A program made the position numbers and the translations under genes. This document shows, piece by piece, positions 18,098 through 27,001 of a DNA stretch of 64,000 nt; positions within the stretch are counted from its first letter, which is position 1, and every line of letters starts with the position of its first letter. Origin of the DNA: Crocinitomicaceae bacterium (GTDB lineage: Bacteria > Bacteroidota > Bacteroidia > Flavobacteriales_D > Crocinitomicaceae). The notes beneath the pieces were generated by a model, which worked only from the letters and a program-made list of their open reading frames with translations, was not told the origin of the DNA and ran no database searches. The stretch lies in NCBI GenBank assembly GCA_041688525.1, contig JBDNIA010000124.1, forward strand, positions 8,380 through 72,379. Reading direction: 5' to 3'.

Positions 18098-20845
18098 TTA
18101 GAACGATCCTGATTGTTGTTGTGCAGAGATATTAGCTGCTTGTTTTGCTCTCAACGCTCTTAACGGTGCATCATCATACGTACTTCCAGCAGCCGGATTT
18201 GGCTTACTAGCTAGTCGTTGTGCAGCAGCTTCGCCGGCGGTGCCTTCTGATTGTGTACCAGCTCCTGAGTTAGATGCTCCGTTTACATTTCTTCTTGCAG
18301 CAGCTTCGCCTGCTGTGCCTTCTGAACTTGCACCAACAGCTGGGTTAGCCGGAGTAGTAGTTATTTGTCCTCCTGCATTATCTGTATTAACTAGCGTGCT
18401 AGTAGCTGGTGCAAGATTATCGTCATCCTGCCTTGGTCTACGTATAGTTTGTAAAGTTTGTGTAAATTGTCCGTTACTAAATTTATTAGCACAAAATATT
18501 ACTTTATATAATCCACTAAATTCTCCTACAGGAGTAGTGCCGCCGCCTGGAAATTCCATATAACCATTTGGACCGTAGTCTAATGGAGTTCTAAAGTTAA
18601 GTGCAATATCAACTTCCCCATTTTCATAATTCATTGTGCCGTCGGCTGTAATGTTTAGTACTCCTGGAACTTGCAATGCATTATAGTTGCCCATCCCGCT
18701 ATCACAAATATAATATGGATCGCCTAGTATTTCTAAATCAACCATAACTAAATCAACACTACTATTAACTAATGCATCATTAAACATTCTAGCAACTTGC
18801 GATTCAGGATGGGCACCATCTAACGTAGTCTTATTTTTTTGAGTAACTACTCTATCTAGAGTTTTGCCAAGATTTCCTGCTGACGCATTTCCTTTAGAAG
18901 TACTAGGTGTTGCTCTTTGACCACTCGAAGTAGTTTCATTTTTAATAGCAGTTTTACTATCTGCACCTGCTTGACCAAGGTCGCCGGCAATACTTGAAAA
19001 GAATGCAGTATTAAATCTAATATCAAAATTAATAATATCTTTATTTTTTCCTGTATAGATATAATTGTATTCTTTAGCTACTTGGGTTTTTAATTGAGGA
19101 ATGCCAGGGCTTTTTGCACTAGCAGATTGAAATATACTTATATGTACAAGATACGGCACAACTCTATAAACAAATATTCTTGACGGGGTTCCAGTTTGTG
19201 AAACTACTTCGGGACTAGAGTCACTATTATAAACTTGCGTTTGAATTCTAAACCAAGGAACCATTCCATATTTGTCTGGCGTCTTAGATGCAATTGCTCT
19301 GCCGTAATCACTAGCAATAATAACTTCTTCAATTATAGTTTGTATTTGTTGCCCTGCTGCAAATGTACCAGTGCGTACATCGCCCGATATTTGTATTTTG
19401 CATCTATCTACTTTGCCTTTGATTGTTTCACTTTCTGAATTAGTAGGTGTTGCAAGTGGTCGTTTGCTACTGTCAAAATTAGATTTAGTAATCTTAGCTT
19501 TGCCAATGTCGTTCATGTTTTGTGTTTTTTCGGCATACTCGCGAATATTTTCTCCAATACTAGATCGTTTAATTGTTATTCCGGCAGCATTTTTTATTTC
19601 ATTTCTATAATCAACTGGAACTTTTCCATTTATGTCTCCTGTTTGCGATATATAAAATTTTCTTATTTCTTCGTCAGTAAATTCTCGAGTAGTTGCAGTA
19701 TCGTCTGCTGTCTCTTCCGGTTGTCCCATCATAAACTGTTGCGATTCTTCATTTGAAGATGAAGTGTTTGGAAACATTATAATATATTGATCAGCTTTTT
19801 TTGTTTTGCCGGCTTTTTCGCCTGCAAGTTGTCTATCGTTTATAATACGGGTTAAACTATTAGCTCCTGTTTGTAACATTTCAGCAACAGATGCTCCTGT
19901 AAAGGTTGTGTCAGTATGTGTTGTTTGTGTTTCGTCAGTTAATGCAGTTTCTTGATAAGGAATTGCAGTTACGGAATATACACTGCCTGATTCTGTTACA
20001 TCAAATTCAATGTTTACCAGTTTTAAAGGAAACATTCTGCGTAAGTTACTTGCATGAATAAATTGTCCAGCATCATTGTATCCTTTAAATTCTACAGTAA
20101 GAAGATACGGAGCATCAATGTAAGTAGGATAACCTGCTCGTATTGCTGATACTTGTAATGCTTGTAAAAATAACCCCATACTGTAAGGTTCGGTTACTTT
20201 AAAACTAATACTTGTTGCATTTGTAGACCGAGTACCGTCATTGCCGGCGACAATAGTTGCAATTTCAACATCATCAATAAAGTATTCAATTTTTCCTTTT
20301 GCTTCATACAACGTTGCACTGCCGGGTGTTGGGCCGCCGCCGCTTCTAAGTATTACAATACTGGGATCCCTACGACGGTATGTGACATCTGGAAATGATA
20401 GTTCTTGTGCTGTTAGGCATCCCAACGTAAAGACATAATTGAAGCTGGTAAATTGTTCTAGCGGATTAGGAAGTACACTGCCGCTCATTCCGTTTGGTGA
20501 TCCAAAGCCGCCACCGAACGATGCTCCTAAAAATCCGCCTAGGCCGCCTTTAATTCTATCCATTATGCCGCCGCCTAACCCACTAGCAATGTTACCAACT
20601 AAACTTTGTCCTATTCCTGGGCCAGTTAACCCATTTAAACTATTTGCAAGATTAACTGTTGCACCTTTTAAGTCTTGTACAGATCCCGATACAGAATCTA
20701 AAACTCCGTCAACTGAAATATTACCGCTTTGCGCAAACTTTTTAGCCGATGAAATTAGTTGCGGGGTAGCTGCATCAATAGTATCAGAAAAACTTTTTCC
20801 TGCTGCTTTTAATCTCGACGCTACATTTTGCGGAACTACTGCCAT
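18098..20845 (-). CDS. Baseplate hub-region structural protein (915 aa; function unassigned, possibly the gp27 role)
   Basis: Long ORF translationally packed between the gp53-like and spike genes. It has a Gly-rich N-terminal region (GLGGGIMDRIKGGLGGFLGASFGGGFGSP). Its C-terminal SEGTAGEAAA / YDDA.LR..RA motif is shared with the spike protein. I recognise no family signature. Confidence 0.55.
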   Translation of the reverse strand: MAVVPQNVASRLKAAGKSFSDTIDAATPQLISSAKKFAQSGNISVDGVLDSVSGSVQDLKGATVNLANSLNGLTGPGIGQSLVGNIASGLGGGIMDRIKGGLGGFLGASFGGGFGSPNGMSGSVLPNPLEQFTSFNYVFTLGCLTAQELSFPDVTYRRRDPSIVILRSGGGPTPGSATLYEAKGKIEYFIDDVEIATIVAGNDGTRSTNATSISFKVTEPYSMGLFLQALQVSAIRAGYPTYIDAPYLLTVEFKGYNDAGQFIHASNLRRMFPLKLVNIEFDVTESGSVYSVTAIPYQETALTDETQTTHTDTTFTGASVAEMLQTGANSLTRIINDRQLAGEKAGKTKKADQYIIMFPNTSSSNEESQQFMMGQPEETADDTATTREFTDEEIRKFYISQTGDINGKVPVDYRNEIKNAAGITIKRSSIGENIREYAEKTQNMNDIGKAKITKSNFDSSKRPLATPTNSESETIKGKVDRCKIQISGDVRTGTFAAGQQIQTIIEEVIIASDYGRAIASKTPDKYGMVPWFRIQTQVYNSDSSPEVVSQTGTPSRIFVYRVVPYLVHISIFQSASAKSPGIPQLKTQVAKEYNYIYTGKNKDIINFDIRFNTAFFSSIAGDLGQAGADSKTAIKNETTSSGQRATPSTSKGNASAGNLGKTLDRVVTQKNKTTLDGAHPESQVARMFNDALVNSSVDLVMVDLEILGDPYYICDSGMGNYNALQVPGVLNITADGTMNYENGEVDIALNFRTPLDYGPNGYMEFPGGGTTPVGEFSGLYKVIFCANKFSNGQFTQTLQTIRRPRQDDDNLAPATSTLVNTDNAGGQITTTPANPAVGASSEGTAGEAAARRNVNGASNSGAGTQSEGTAGEAAAQRLASKPNPAAGSTYDDAPLRALRAKQAANISAQQQSGSF

Positions 20846-20846
20846 A

Positions 20847-21149
20847 TTATATTCCTAATACTTTTGATAATGCGGCGCCTTTGGGTACATAAATTTGTAT
20901 TCCTGCTATTAAATCAAATACAGGATCTTTAAGTATTTCCATATTGCGTTGGGCAAAAACCCACCATAAGTCTTTATCGCCATATAAGTCAAATGCTAAC
21001 AGATCAGGGCGATGTGTATACTGAGGCTGTATTGTAACTAATACATCGTCTGATTCTGCAGGGATAGGTCGTATTTTTAAAATGTCAAGATACTGACCTT
21101 CTTGTGTAGGTGTGTTAAACCAAGGACTAGTTCCAATATAATTTGCCAT
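20847..21149 (-). CDS. Small baseplate protein, tentatively T4 gp53-like
   Basis: 100 aa. YTHRPDLLAFDLYGDKDLWWVFAQRNMEILKDPVFDL resembles my recollection of the gp53 core (SPRPEELANAIYGNPQLYWVLLMCNDNYDPYYGW). TAATG overlap with the upstream gene. Confidence 0.45.
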   Translation of the reverse strand: MANYIGTSPWFNTPTQEGQYLDILKIRPIPAESDDVLVTIQPQYTHRPDLLAFDLYGDKDLWWVFAQRNMEILKDPVFDLIAGIQIYVPKGAALSKVLGI

Positions 21150-22033
21150 TAGATAAATCCTTGTCCGTTGCCTTTGGCATATCCGCCACTGACAAACTTG
21201 TCTAGGCTAAATTGTTGTACAGCTCGTCTGCTGTATGTCGGCATCAATACTACTGCTACGTTGCATCTAGTTGGTGCCCAGGTATCTAGTGAGGGTAAGT
21301 AGATATAATCTACATCTGGCGGCAGTTCGCAAGTAAATTGTTGAACTACAACTGGAACATTTTTAAAAACATAATCGCCGTAGCCGTTAAGTTGTACTAC
21401 TGGTGGCGGACTACCTTGATTGCTTGAATTACCGTAGGACATTTTCGTAACACTTCTCAAGTAGTGTACCATTGCTACCCAATATACTCCTTCTGATTCA
21501 TTTTCAATAATAAAATCTCCACTGATCTGAATGTTATCAGGTTGACTACTTTGATAAACAGGAAAAGGATAGTTACTGTGTGTAGGTTTAACTTGGCTGT
21601 AAGTAGCACTATGCGACATAATAATACTAGGCGTATACGGAAAAATCATTCCGTTTGTTTCTGCTAATGCTGCCGAAAGTGTTGGTTCTAAACCCATACC
21701 TGGTGGTAAAGAAAGTCGGACACGCCAGTCATCGTTATCAGCTCCTTGCCAGCTAACTTCTGAAAATCCAACAGCTCCTGGCATACCAAACTTAGGAAGG
21801 CCGCCGCCACGCAATAAACTCATAAAGTTTTTAGCACTAAATATATCCTCAGCAATGCCTTTTACTGCGTTACCAGCTTGTCCAATTAATCCTTGACCAA
21901 AACTAGCAGCACTACCTAATAGGTTGTTTACTGCTGCTGATGCTTGTGGAGACACTGAATTGCGAGCCTGCGATGCTGCTGACGAAAGTGCTGCTGATGC
22001 CTGTTGTTTTAGGCCGCCGAAATTAATTGCCAT
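21149..22033 (-). CDS. Baseplate / tail-tube junction protein, tentatively T4 gp48/gp54-like
   Basis: First gene of the minus-strand baseplate block. The N-terminus is Ala/Ser/Gly-rich, followed by FPYTPSIIMSHSATYSQVKPTHSNYPFPVYQSS...ISGDF. The assignment rests on position and vague family memory only. Confidence 0.4.
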   Translation of the reverse strand: MAINFGGLKQQASAALSSAASQARNSVSPQASAAVNNLLGSAASFGQGLIGQAGNAVKGIAEDIFSAKNFMSLLRGGGLPKFGMPGAVGFSEVSWQGADNDDWRVRLSLPPGMGLEPTLSAALAETNGMIFPYTPSIIMSHSATYSQVKPTHSNYPFPVYQSSQPDNIQISGDFIIENESEGVYWVAMVHYLRSVTKMSYGNSSNQGSPPPVVQLNGYGDYVFKNVPVVVQQFTCELPPDVDYIYLPSLDTWAPTRCNVAVVLMPTYSRRAVQQFSLDKFVSGGYAKGNGQGFI

Positions 22034-22061
22034 TATTTGTTGTCTCCTATATGTTATTTAG

Positions 22062-22090
22062 TTGACAAAATTAAGTATGTATATTATAAT
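22062..22090 (+). promoter_or_regulatory. Consensus sigma70-type promoter (TTGACA, 17 nt, TATAAT) for the gp55-like gene
   Basis: TTGACA at 22062-22067, an exactly 17-nt spacer, and TATAAT at 22085-22090. GGAG at 22105-22108 and ATG at 22114 follow. Confidence 0.7.
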
Positions 22091-22113
22091 GTATTATAAC
22101 TATTGGAGAGTTC

Positions 22114-22941
22114 ATGAGAAAAGTTAACTATTTAAATAACAAAGATATACTTAAAGAAATACACAAATCAAAGAGTACATTTTGTAGCTTTGTATCAAAT
22201 ACTGATCATCAGTTTGATCTTATTTTGCCTAATATTGACAAAATCAATATTAGAACTATTGCAGAAGCTAAAAGAGTACAAGCTAAACGCTTACAACACG
22301 AAGCATTTGAAGCTCGTAAACTAGCAGGAGAAAAAATTAAACTTGCTGAGTGCGAAATTGATTACAGAAAAATTAAAAAAACTTCATTAGTATTTCGCAT
22401 TATGACATTTGAGCATGTTCCAGACGAGCCGGGGCGCAAGAAGACACCAAAGACAGTTGCCGATCACAAAGTAAAACTTAACTTTCCACCTTTCCAACAT
22501 TTTAAGTTTGATGAAGAAGATAATCTAAAGTGTGTGGGCAAAAGTCATTGGTCAAGCGGAATGGAAAACGGACATTTTAATCTAGGCGGCGGTATGGCTA
22601 CAAATAAACTTGCTCTTATGTGGATGAAACTATGTGATCGATATGCTACTCGTGGTAATGTACGTGGATACACTTATAACGATGAAATGCGCGGGCAAGC
22701 TATCCTACAGTTAGCACAAATCGGGTTGCAGTTTGACGAATCAAAGTCAGATAATCCGTTTGCATACTATACAGCCGCAGTTACTAACAGTTTTGTGCGT
22801 GTTATTAACATTGAAAAGCGTAATCAAAACATTCGTGATGATATTTTAGAAATGAACAACATGAATCCTAGCTTTACACGACAAAATCAAGGCGAGTGGG
22901 AAGCACAACAACGTAGAGAAAAAGAACTAGGTAACAAATAA
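22114..22941 (+). CDS. gp55: Late-transcription sigma factor, T4 gp55 family, with a large internal insertion
   Basis: VNYLNNKDILKEI matches T4 gp55 YNYVNNKELLQAI. NKLALMWMKLCDRYATRGNVRGYTYNDEMRGQAI...FDESKSDNPFAYYTAAVTNSFVRVINIEKRNQ matches gp55 ...[31 protein letters not shown]. The gp55 sequence is recalled from memory. 275 aa versus about 185 aa in T4. Confidence 0.88.
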   Translation: MRKVNYLNNKDILKEIHKSKSTFCSFVSNTDHQFDLILPNIDKINIRTIAEAKRVQAKRLQHEAFEARKLAGEKIKLAECEIDYRKIKKTSLVFRIMTFEHVPDEPGRKKTPKTVADHKVKLNFPPFQHFKFDEEDNLKCVGKSHWSSGMENGHFNLGGGMATNKLALMWMKLCDRYATRGNVRGYTYNDEMRGQAILQLAQIGLQFDESKSDNPFAYYTAAVTNSFVRVINIEKRNQNIRDDILEMNNMNPSFTRQNQGEWEAQQRREKELGNK

Positions 22942-22945
22942 TCTC

Positions 22946-22974
22946 TTGACACTATTAACATTAACCTGTATACT
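22946..22974 (+). promoter_or_regulatory. Sigma70-type promoter (TTGACA, 17 nt, TATACT) for the gp47/gp46 operon
   Basis: TTGACA at 22946-22951, a 17-nt spacer, and TATACT at 22969-22974. GGAG at about 22995 and the TTG start at 23008 follow. Confidence 0.65.
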
Positions 22975-23007
22975 ATAAAGATATACAAATTTATGGAGCA
23001 ATAACTT

Positions 23008-24018
23008 TTGTTTAAAAAAGCAGCAGTCTTTACAGACATACACTTTGGATTAAAGGGTAATTCAAAGATTCACAATCAAGATTGTGAAGATTTTGTTGAT
23101 TGGTTCATCAAAACTGCAAAAGCCAACGGTTGTGAAACTGGTATCTTTTGCGGCGACTGGCATCACAATCGAAATTCATTAAATCTTACTACTATGGATG
23201 CAACTATCCGTAGTATGGAGAAGCTAGGTGCTGCTTTTGAGCAGTTTTTCTTCTTTGATGGTAATCATGACCTGTATTACAAAGACAAGCGCACTGTTAA
23301 TTCAACTGCGTTTGCTAAACACATTCCAGGTATTACATTTGTTGACGAAATTACCACCATAGACGATGTAACTATTGTTCCTTGGCTAGTAGGCGACGAG
23401 TGGAAAAAGCTAAAACATCTAAAAAGCAAGTATATATTTGGTCACTTTGAACTTCCTACGTTTTTTATGAACGCAATGGTACAAATGCCCGATCATGGTG
23501 AGCTACGTGCAGAAGATTTTGTTAATCAAAAGTATGTTTTTAGCGGACACTTCCACAAACGTCAACAACAAGGTGCAGTGCATTACATTGGTAATGCATT
23601 TCCGCACAACTATGCTGATACATGGGACGATGACCGTGGTATGATGGTACTCGATCGTGAAAACGATAAGGAACCACAGTACATTAACTGGCCAGAGTGT
23701 CCAAAGTATCGTACAGTTAAACTTAGCAAACTTATTGACGAGCAAACTACGTTTATTAAGCCCAATATGTACTTGCGTGTCAACTTGGACTTGCCTATCA
23801 GCTATGAAGAAGCAAGTTTCATTAAGGAAACATTCATTACTCAATACAACTGTCGTGAAATTAGTTTGATTCCACAAAAGTCACTAGAAGATATTAGTAC
23901 TCAATTAGACATTGCACAGTTTGAAAGTGTAGATCAAATTGTTGCTGGCGAAATCGCTGCAATTGACTCAGATAACTTCAACAAAAAAACACTTATGGAC
24001 ATTTATAGCGAATTATGA
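23008..24018 (+). CDS. gp47: Recombination endonuclease subunit, T4 gp47 (Mre11/SbcD-type metallophosphoesterase)
   Basis: Phosphoesterase motifs appear in order: FTDIHFG, CGDWHH, DGNHDLYYK, FGHFE, SGHFH. TTG start with GGAG 9 nt upstream. ATGA overlap with the gp46-like gene. Confidence 0.9.
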   Translation: MFKKAAVFTDIHFGLKGNSKIHNQDCEDFVDWFIKTAKANGCETGIFCGDWHHNRNSLNLTTMDATIRSMEKLGAAFEQFFFFDGNHDLYYKDKRTVNSTAFAKHIPGITFVDEITTIDDVTIVPWLVGDEWKKLKHLKSKYIFGHFELPTFFMNAMVQMPDHGELRAEDFVNQKYVFSGHFHKRQQQGAVHYIGNAFPHNYADTWDDDRGMMVLDRENDKEPQYINWPECPKYRTVKLSKLIDEQTTFIKPNMYLRVNLDLPISYEEASFIKETFITQYNCREISLIPQKSLEDISTQLDIAQFESVDQIVAGEIAAIDSDNFNKKTLMDIYSEL

Positions 24019-25787
24019 TAAAAATTAAGGATTTGACTGTGAAGAATTTTATGAGCGTGGGCAATCAGACCCAAGCTGTAAACTTTAATCGCGAGCAATT
24101 AACACTTGTGCTAGGTGAAAACTTAGATCAAGGCGGAGATGATAGTGGAAATCGTAATGGTACAGGTAAAACCACCATTATCAATGCATTATCATATGCA
24201 TTATACGGACAAGCACTCACTAATATTAAACGTAACAATCTAATCAACAAGACAAACTCAAAGGGCATGTTAGTTACACTGCATTTTGAAAAGAACGGTG
24301 TTGATTATCGTGTCGAGCGTGGTAGATCACCTAATGTACTCAAGTTCTTTGTCGACGAGCAAGAACAAGAGATGACAGATGAGTCACAAGGCGACAGTCG
24401 AAAGACTCAAGAGTATATTAACGACTTGTTAGATATGTCGCATGACATGTTTAAGCACATTGTTGCACTTAACACCTACACTGAGCCTTTCTTAAGCATG
24501 CGTGTTAATGATCAACGTGCTATCATTGAGCAGTTGCTGGGTATTACTATCCTTAGTGAAAAGGCCGAAGCTCTTAAAGAACAAACTCGTCAAACTAAAG
24601 ATGCTATTACAAACGAAACACTAAAAATTAATGCTATTCAAGGTGCAAACGAAAAAATACAAACTACTATTGATAGCTTAGGTCGTACTCAACGTGCTTG
24701 GCTTGCTAAAAAGGAGCAAGACTGTGCTAAATTACAGCATGGTATTACAGAACTAGAGCACGTAGACATCGATGCTGAACTAGAAGCACATGAAAAATTG
24801 TCTAATTGGACTCAACACAATACTGCTATTTTGGCTCTTAATAAAGAGAAAAGCACATTAGAGACTGCACAGTTACGTGCAAAGGCTAGTGTTGAAAAGG
24901 TTGAAAAAGACATCTTAAATCTTGAAGATGCTACCTGTTACACTTGTAATCAGCTGCTGCATGCAGACAAGAAACAAGAAATTCTTGACAAAAAGATGAA
25001 AGAGTTACAGGATGCAGACACCTATCATTTAGAAATTAGCAAAAAGCTAACTGCTGTGCTTAAAGATCTTAGTGACATTGGTGATATCAACGGAAAGCCT
25101 AATACGTTCTATGAAAGTGCTAAAGAAGCATATGAGCATCGTAAAAACGTTGACAGTTTGAAACAGTCGCTTGATACAAAACAAAATGAAAACGATCCTT
25201 ATCAAGCACAGATTGATGAATTGTTGTCAACAGCTATGCAAGAAATTGATTGGTCTCCTGTAAACGATCTTACTACATTCAAAGAGCATCAAGAGTTCTT
25301 GCTAAAGCTACTTACAAATAAAGACAGCTTCATTCGTAAAAAGATTATTGATCAAAACCTAGCGTATTTGAACAATAGGCTTACATATTATCTCGACAAG
25401 CTAGGATTGCCACATCAAGTTGTGTTCCAGAATGATTTGAATGTTGAAATTACTCAACTAGGACAAGATCTAGACTTTGATAACTTGAGTCGTGGCGAAC
25501 GCAACAGACTTATCTTAGGTATGAGCTTTGCATTCCGCGATGTTTGGGAAAGCCTATATCAAAAGATCAACTTGTTGTTTATTGATGAGCTGATTGATAG
25601 CGGTATGGATACTGCTGGTGTTGAAAGTTCATTGAGCGTTCTCAAGAAAATGGGCCGTGAAGGTGATAAGAATGTATTTCTTATCTCACACAAAGACGAA
25701 TTAATTGGAAGAGTAAGTTATGTTATGCGTGTTGTAAAAGAAAATGGCTTTACAAGCTACGAAAACGATATTGACATTGTAGAATGA
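24015..25787 (+). CDS. gp46: Recombination endonuclease ATPase subunit, T4 gp46 (Rad50/SbcC-type)
   Basis: N-terminus IKIKDLTVKNFMSVGNQ...LVLGEN...NGTGKTTIINALSYALYG (Walker A). Long central coiled coil with a CxxC hook (ATCYTCNQ). C-terminal LSRGERNRLILG...LLFIDELIDSGMD (signature / Walker B). Confidence 0.9.
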   Translation: MIKIKDLTVKNFMSVGNQTQAVNFNREQLTLVLGENLDQGGDDSGNRNGTGKTTIINALSYALYGQALTNIKRNNLINKTNSKGMLVTLHFEKNGVDYRVERGRSPNVLKFFVDEQEQEMTDESQGDSRKTQEYINDLLDMSHDMFKHIVALNTYTEPFLSMRVNDQRAIIEQLLGITILSEKAEALKEQTRQTKDAITNETLKINAIQGANEKIQTTIDSLGRTQRAWLAKKEQDCAKLQHGITELEHVDIDAELEAHEKLSNWTQHNTAILALNKEKSTLETAQLRAKASVEKVEKDILNLEDATCYTCNQLLHADKKQEILDKKMKELQDADTYHLEISKKLTAVLKDLSDIGDINGKPNTFYESAKEAYEHRKNVDSLKQSLDTKQNENDPYQAQIDELLSTAMQEIDWSPVNDLTTFKEHQEFLLKLLTNKDSFIRKKIIDQNLAYLNNRLTYYLDKLGLPHQVVFQNDLNVEITQLGQDLDFDNLSRGERNRLILGMSFAFRDVWESLYQKINLLFIDELIDSGMDTAGVESSLSVLKKMGREGDKNVFLISHKDELIGRVSYVMRVVKENGFTSYENDIDIVE

Positions 25788-25996
25788 TTAACGACGACAT
25801 ACACGATCAGTTAACTAAGGCTTACTTAGAGTACTTTAAGGCAAACGAGAATTTTGAGTCTCGTTTGTCTCATCGAACACATCTAGCAAGTAGAAAATGG
25901 TTGCGTGAGATTAGAAGGTTAGCAAAATTAAGGCAAGAAGAAATACATATAGCTTATGCAGCCAAGAAGGCGGCTGAGAAGCAAAAGGCAAAATAA
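25784..25996 (+). CDS. Hypothetical small basic helical protein
   Basis: 70-aa ORF with ATGA coupling to the gp46 stop. Lys/Arg-rich helix (SRKWLREIRRLAKLRQEEIHIAYAAKKAAEKQKAK). No family recognised. Confidence 0.5.
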   Translation: MINDDIHDQLTKAYLEYFKANENFESRLSHRTHLASRKWLREIRRLAKLRQEEIHIAYAAKKAAEKQKAK

Positions 25997-26429
25997 GTAT
26001 GTTATGCATTGGACTTATCAAGGTAAACAACTAGACGAACTTCCGGAAGGATGTGAAGCATTTGTATACTTGATAACAAATCTATCCAATAGCATGATGT
26101 ATGTAGGCAAGAAACTAGCAAAGTTTAAAGTAACTAAACCCCCGCTTAAAGGCAAGAAGAATAAAAGACGTAGCACCAAGGAAAGTGATTGGAGAGAATA
26201 TTATGGCTCCAGTGATAGACTTAACGCAGACGTTTTAGAGTTAGGCGCAGAAAATTTCACACGTGAAATATTACATTTTTGTCCCAGCAGAGGCATAGCA
26301 AGTTACTTAGAGGCCCGTGAACAGTTTGAACGTAGAGTACTCGAAACAGATGAATACTACAATGGTATTATCAATGTTAGAGTTGGCGGATCAACCATTC
26401 TCAAAGAACATCTTAAAAAAAATTCCTAA
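25956..26429 (+). CDS. GIY-YIG-type homing-endonuclease-like protein (free-standing)
   Basis: FVYLITNLSNSMMYVGKK is a GIY...YIG-like pair. ...FTREILHFCPS...YLEAREQF resembles the distal catalytic Glu region of I-TevI/Seg proteins. The track start at 25956 overlaps the previous ORF by 41 nt. The in-frame ATG at 26004 (MHWTYQG...) just after that ORF's stop is the more likely start. Confidence 0.65.
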   Translation: MQPRRRLRSKRQNKYVMHWTYQGKQLDELPEGCEAFVYLITNLSNSMMYVGKKLAKFKVTKPPLKGKKNKRRSTKESDWREYYGSSDRLNADVLELGAENFTREILHFCPSRGIASYLEAREQFERRVLETDEYYNGIINVRVGGSTILKEHLKKNS

Positions 26430-26582
26430 GGCAAATCAATACAGCACATAAGGTTGGCGGGCCAGTTTAATAATACCGCTGTGTAAAGCCCGAGGTGATA
26501 TCCGGACACGTAACATATTGATCGACGCACCAGAGTGCGGAAGCCACCAAACAAATTGGGCTCACAGGTTGATATAGATTGA

Positions 26583-26843
26583 TTGCTGTCAGTCGAAAAA
26601 CACAACATAGTTCATAAAAACTTCTTAGCAACAGGAACGAAGCGGAAGGTAATGTACTATAAAGGTAGCACTAACACAGTTAATGCGCTCTTTATGTTAC
26701 ATGATGTCGATGTAGGTTGGGAAAGGTCAGAGCCCAATGAACTTGTGTATAATAATTACCTACTTCCAATGTCATTGCTGGATAAGACTCACATGAAGTT
26801 TATCTTAAAGACGACGGAGCTAGAAATAGTTCCGTCTGACTGA
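26583..26843 (+). CDS. Doubtful hypothetical ORF in the long non-coding stretch
   Basis: 86-aa ORF with a non-ATG start. An internal ATG at 26652 is preceded by GGAAGG. No recognisable motif. A hairpin GACGGA-N12-TCCGTC (26811-26834) covers its 3' end. The region may be non-coding instead. Confidence 0.25.
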   Translation: MLSVEKHNIVHKNFLATGTKRKVMYYKGSTNTVNALFMLHDVDVGWERSEPNELVYNNYLLPMSLLDKTHMKFILKTTELEIVPSD

Positions 26844-26951
26844 AACGATCTACATGAAATTAATACAATATTACATTCGTAATATTGCTTGTTCATATAT
26901 AAATCATTTAATTAAAACGAAGTGTAAGTAGTTTGAGCGTTAGCGAAAACT

Positions 26952-26971
26952 TGTATGAGCTTGCTCATACA
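26952..26971. promoter_or_regulatory. Perfect 20-nt palindrome TGTATGAGC-TT-GCTCATACA (operator or hairpin candidate)
   Basis: 9-nt arms are exact reverse complements. It lies 23 nt upstream of the GATAAATA motif at 26994. No T-run follows, so it is not a classical terminator. Confidence 0.3.
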
Positions 26972-26993
26972 CTAACAGTTAAACACTTTCATA

Positions 26994-27001
26994 GATAAAT
27001 A
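26994..27001 (+). promoter_or_regulatory. Late-promoter-like motif GATAAATA, 28 nt upstream of ATG 27029
   Basis: Sequence ATAGATAAATAAC. One mismatch to T4 TATAAATA. Confidence 0.4.

Noticed and set aside
20847-21149. N-terminal similarity MANYIGTSPWF versus MSYYIGTSPEA (49098..49472), suggesting that these two small proteins are paralogues.
   Set aside because: The similarity is confined to about 9 residues. The remainders do not align by eye, so it is too short to support homology.
26555-26738. 9-bp long-range complementarity, ATTGGGCTC (26555-26563) with GAGCCCAAT (26730-26738), as support for a large structured RNA.
   Set aside because: A single 9-mer reverse-complement match within about 600 nt is roughly what chance predicts. 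I found no nested supporting helices.
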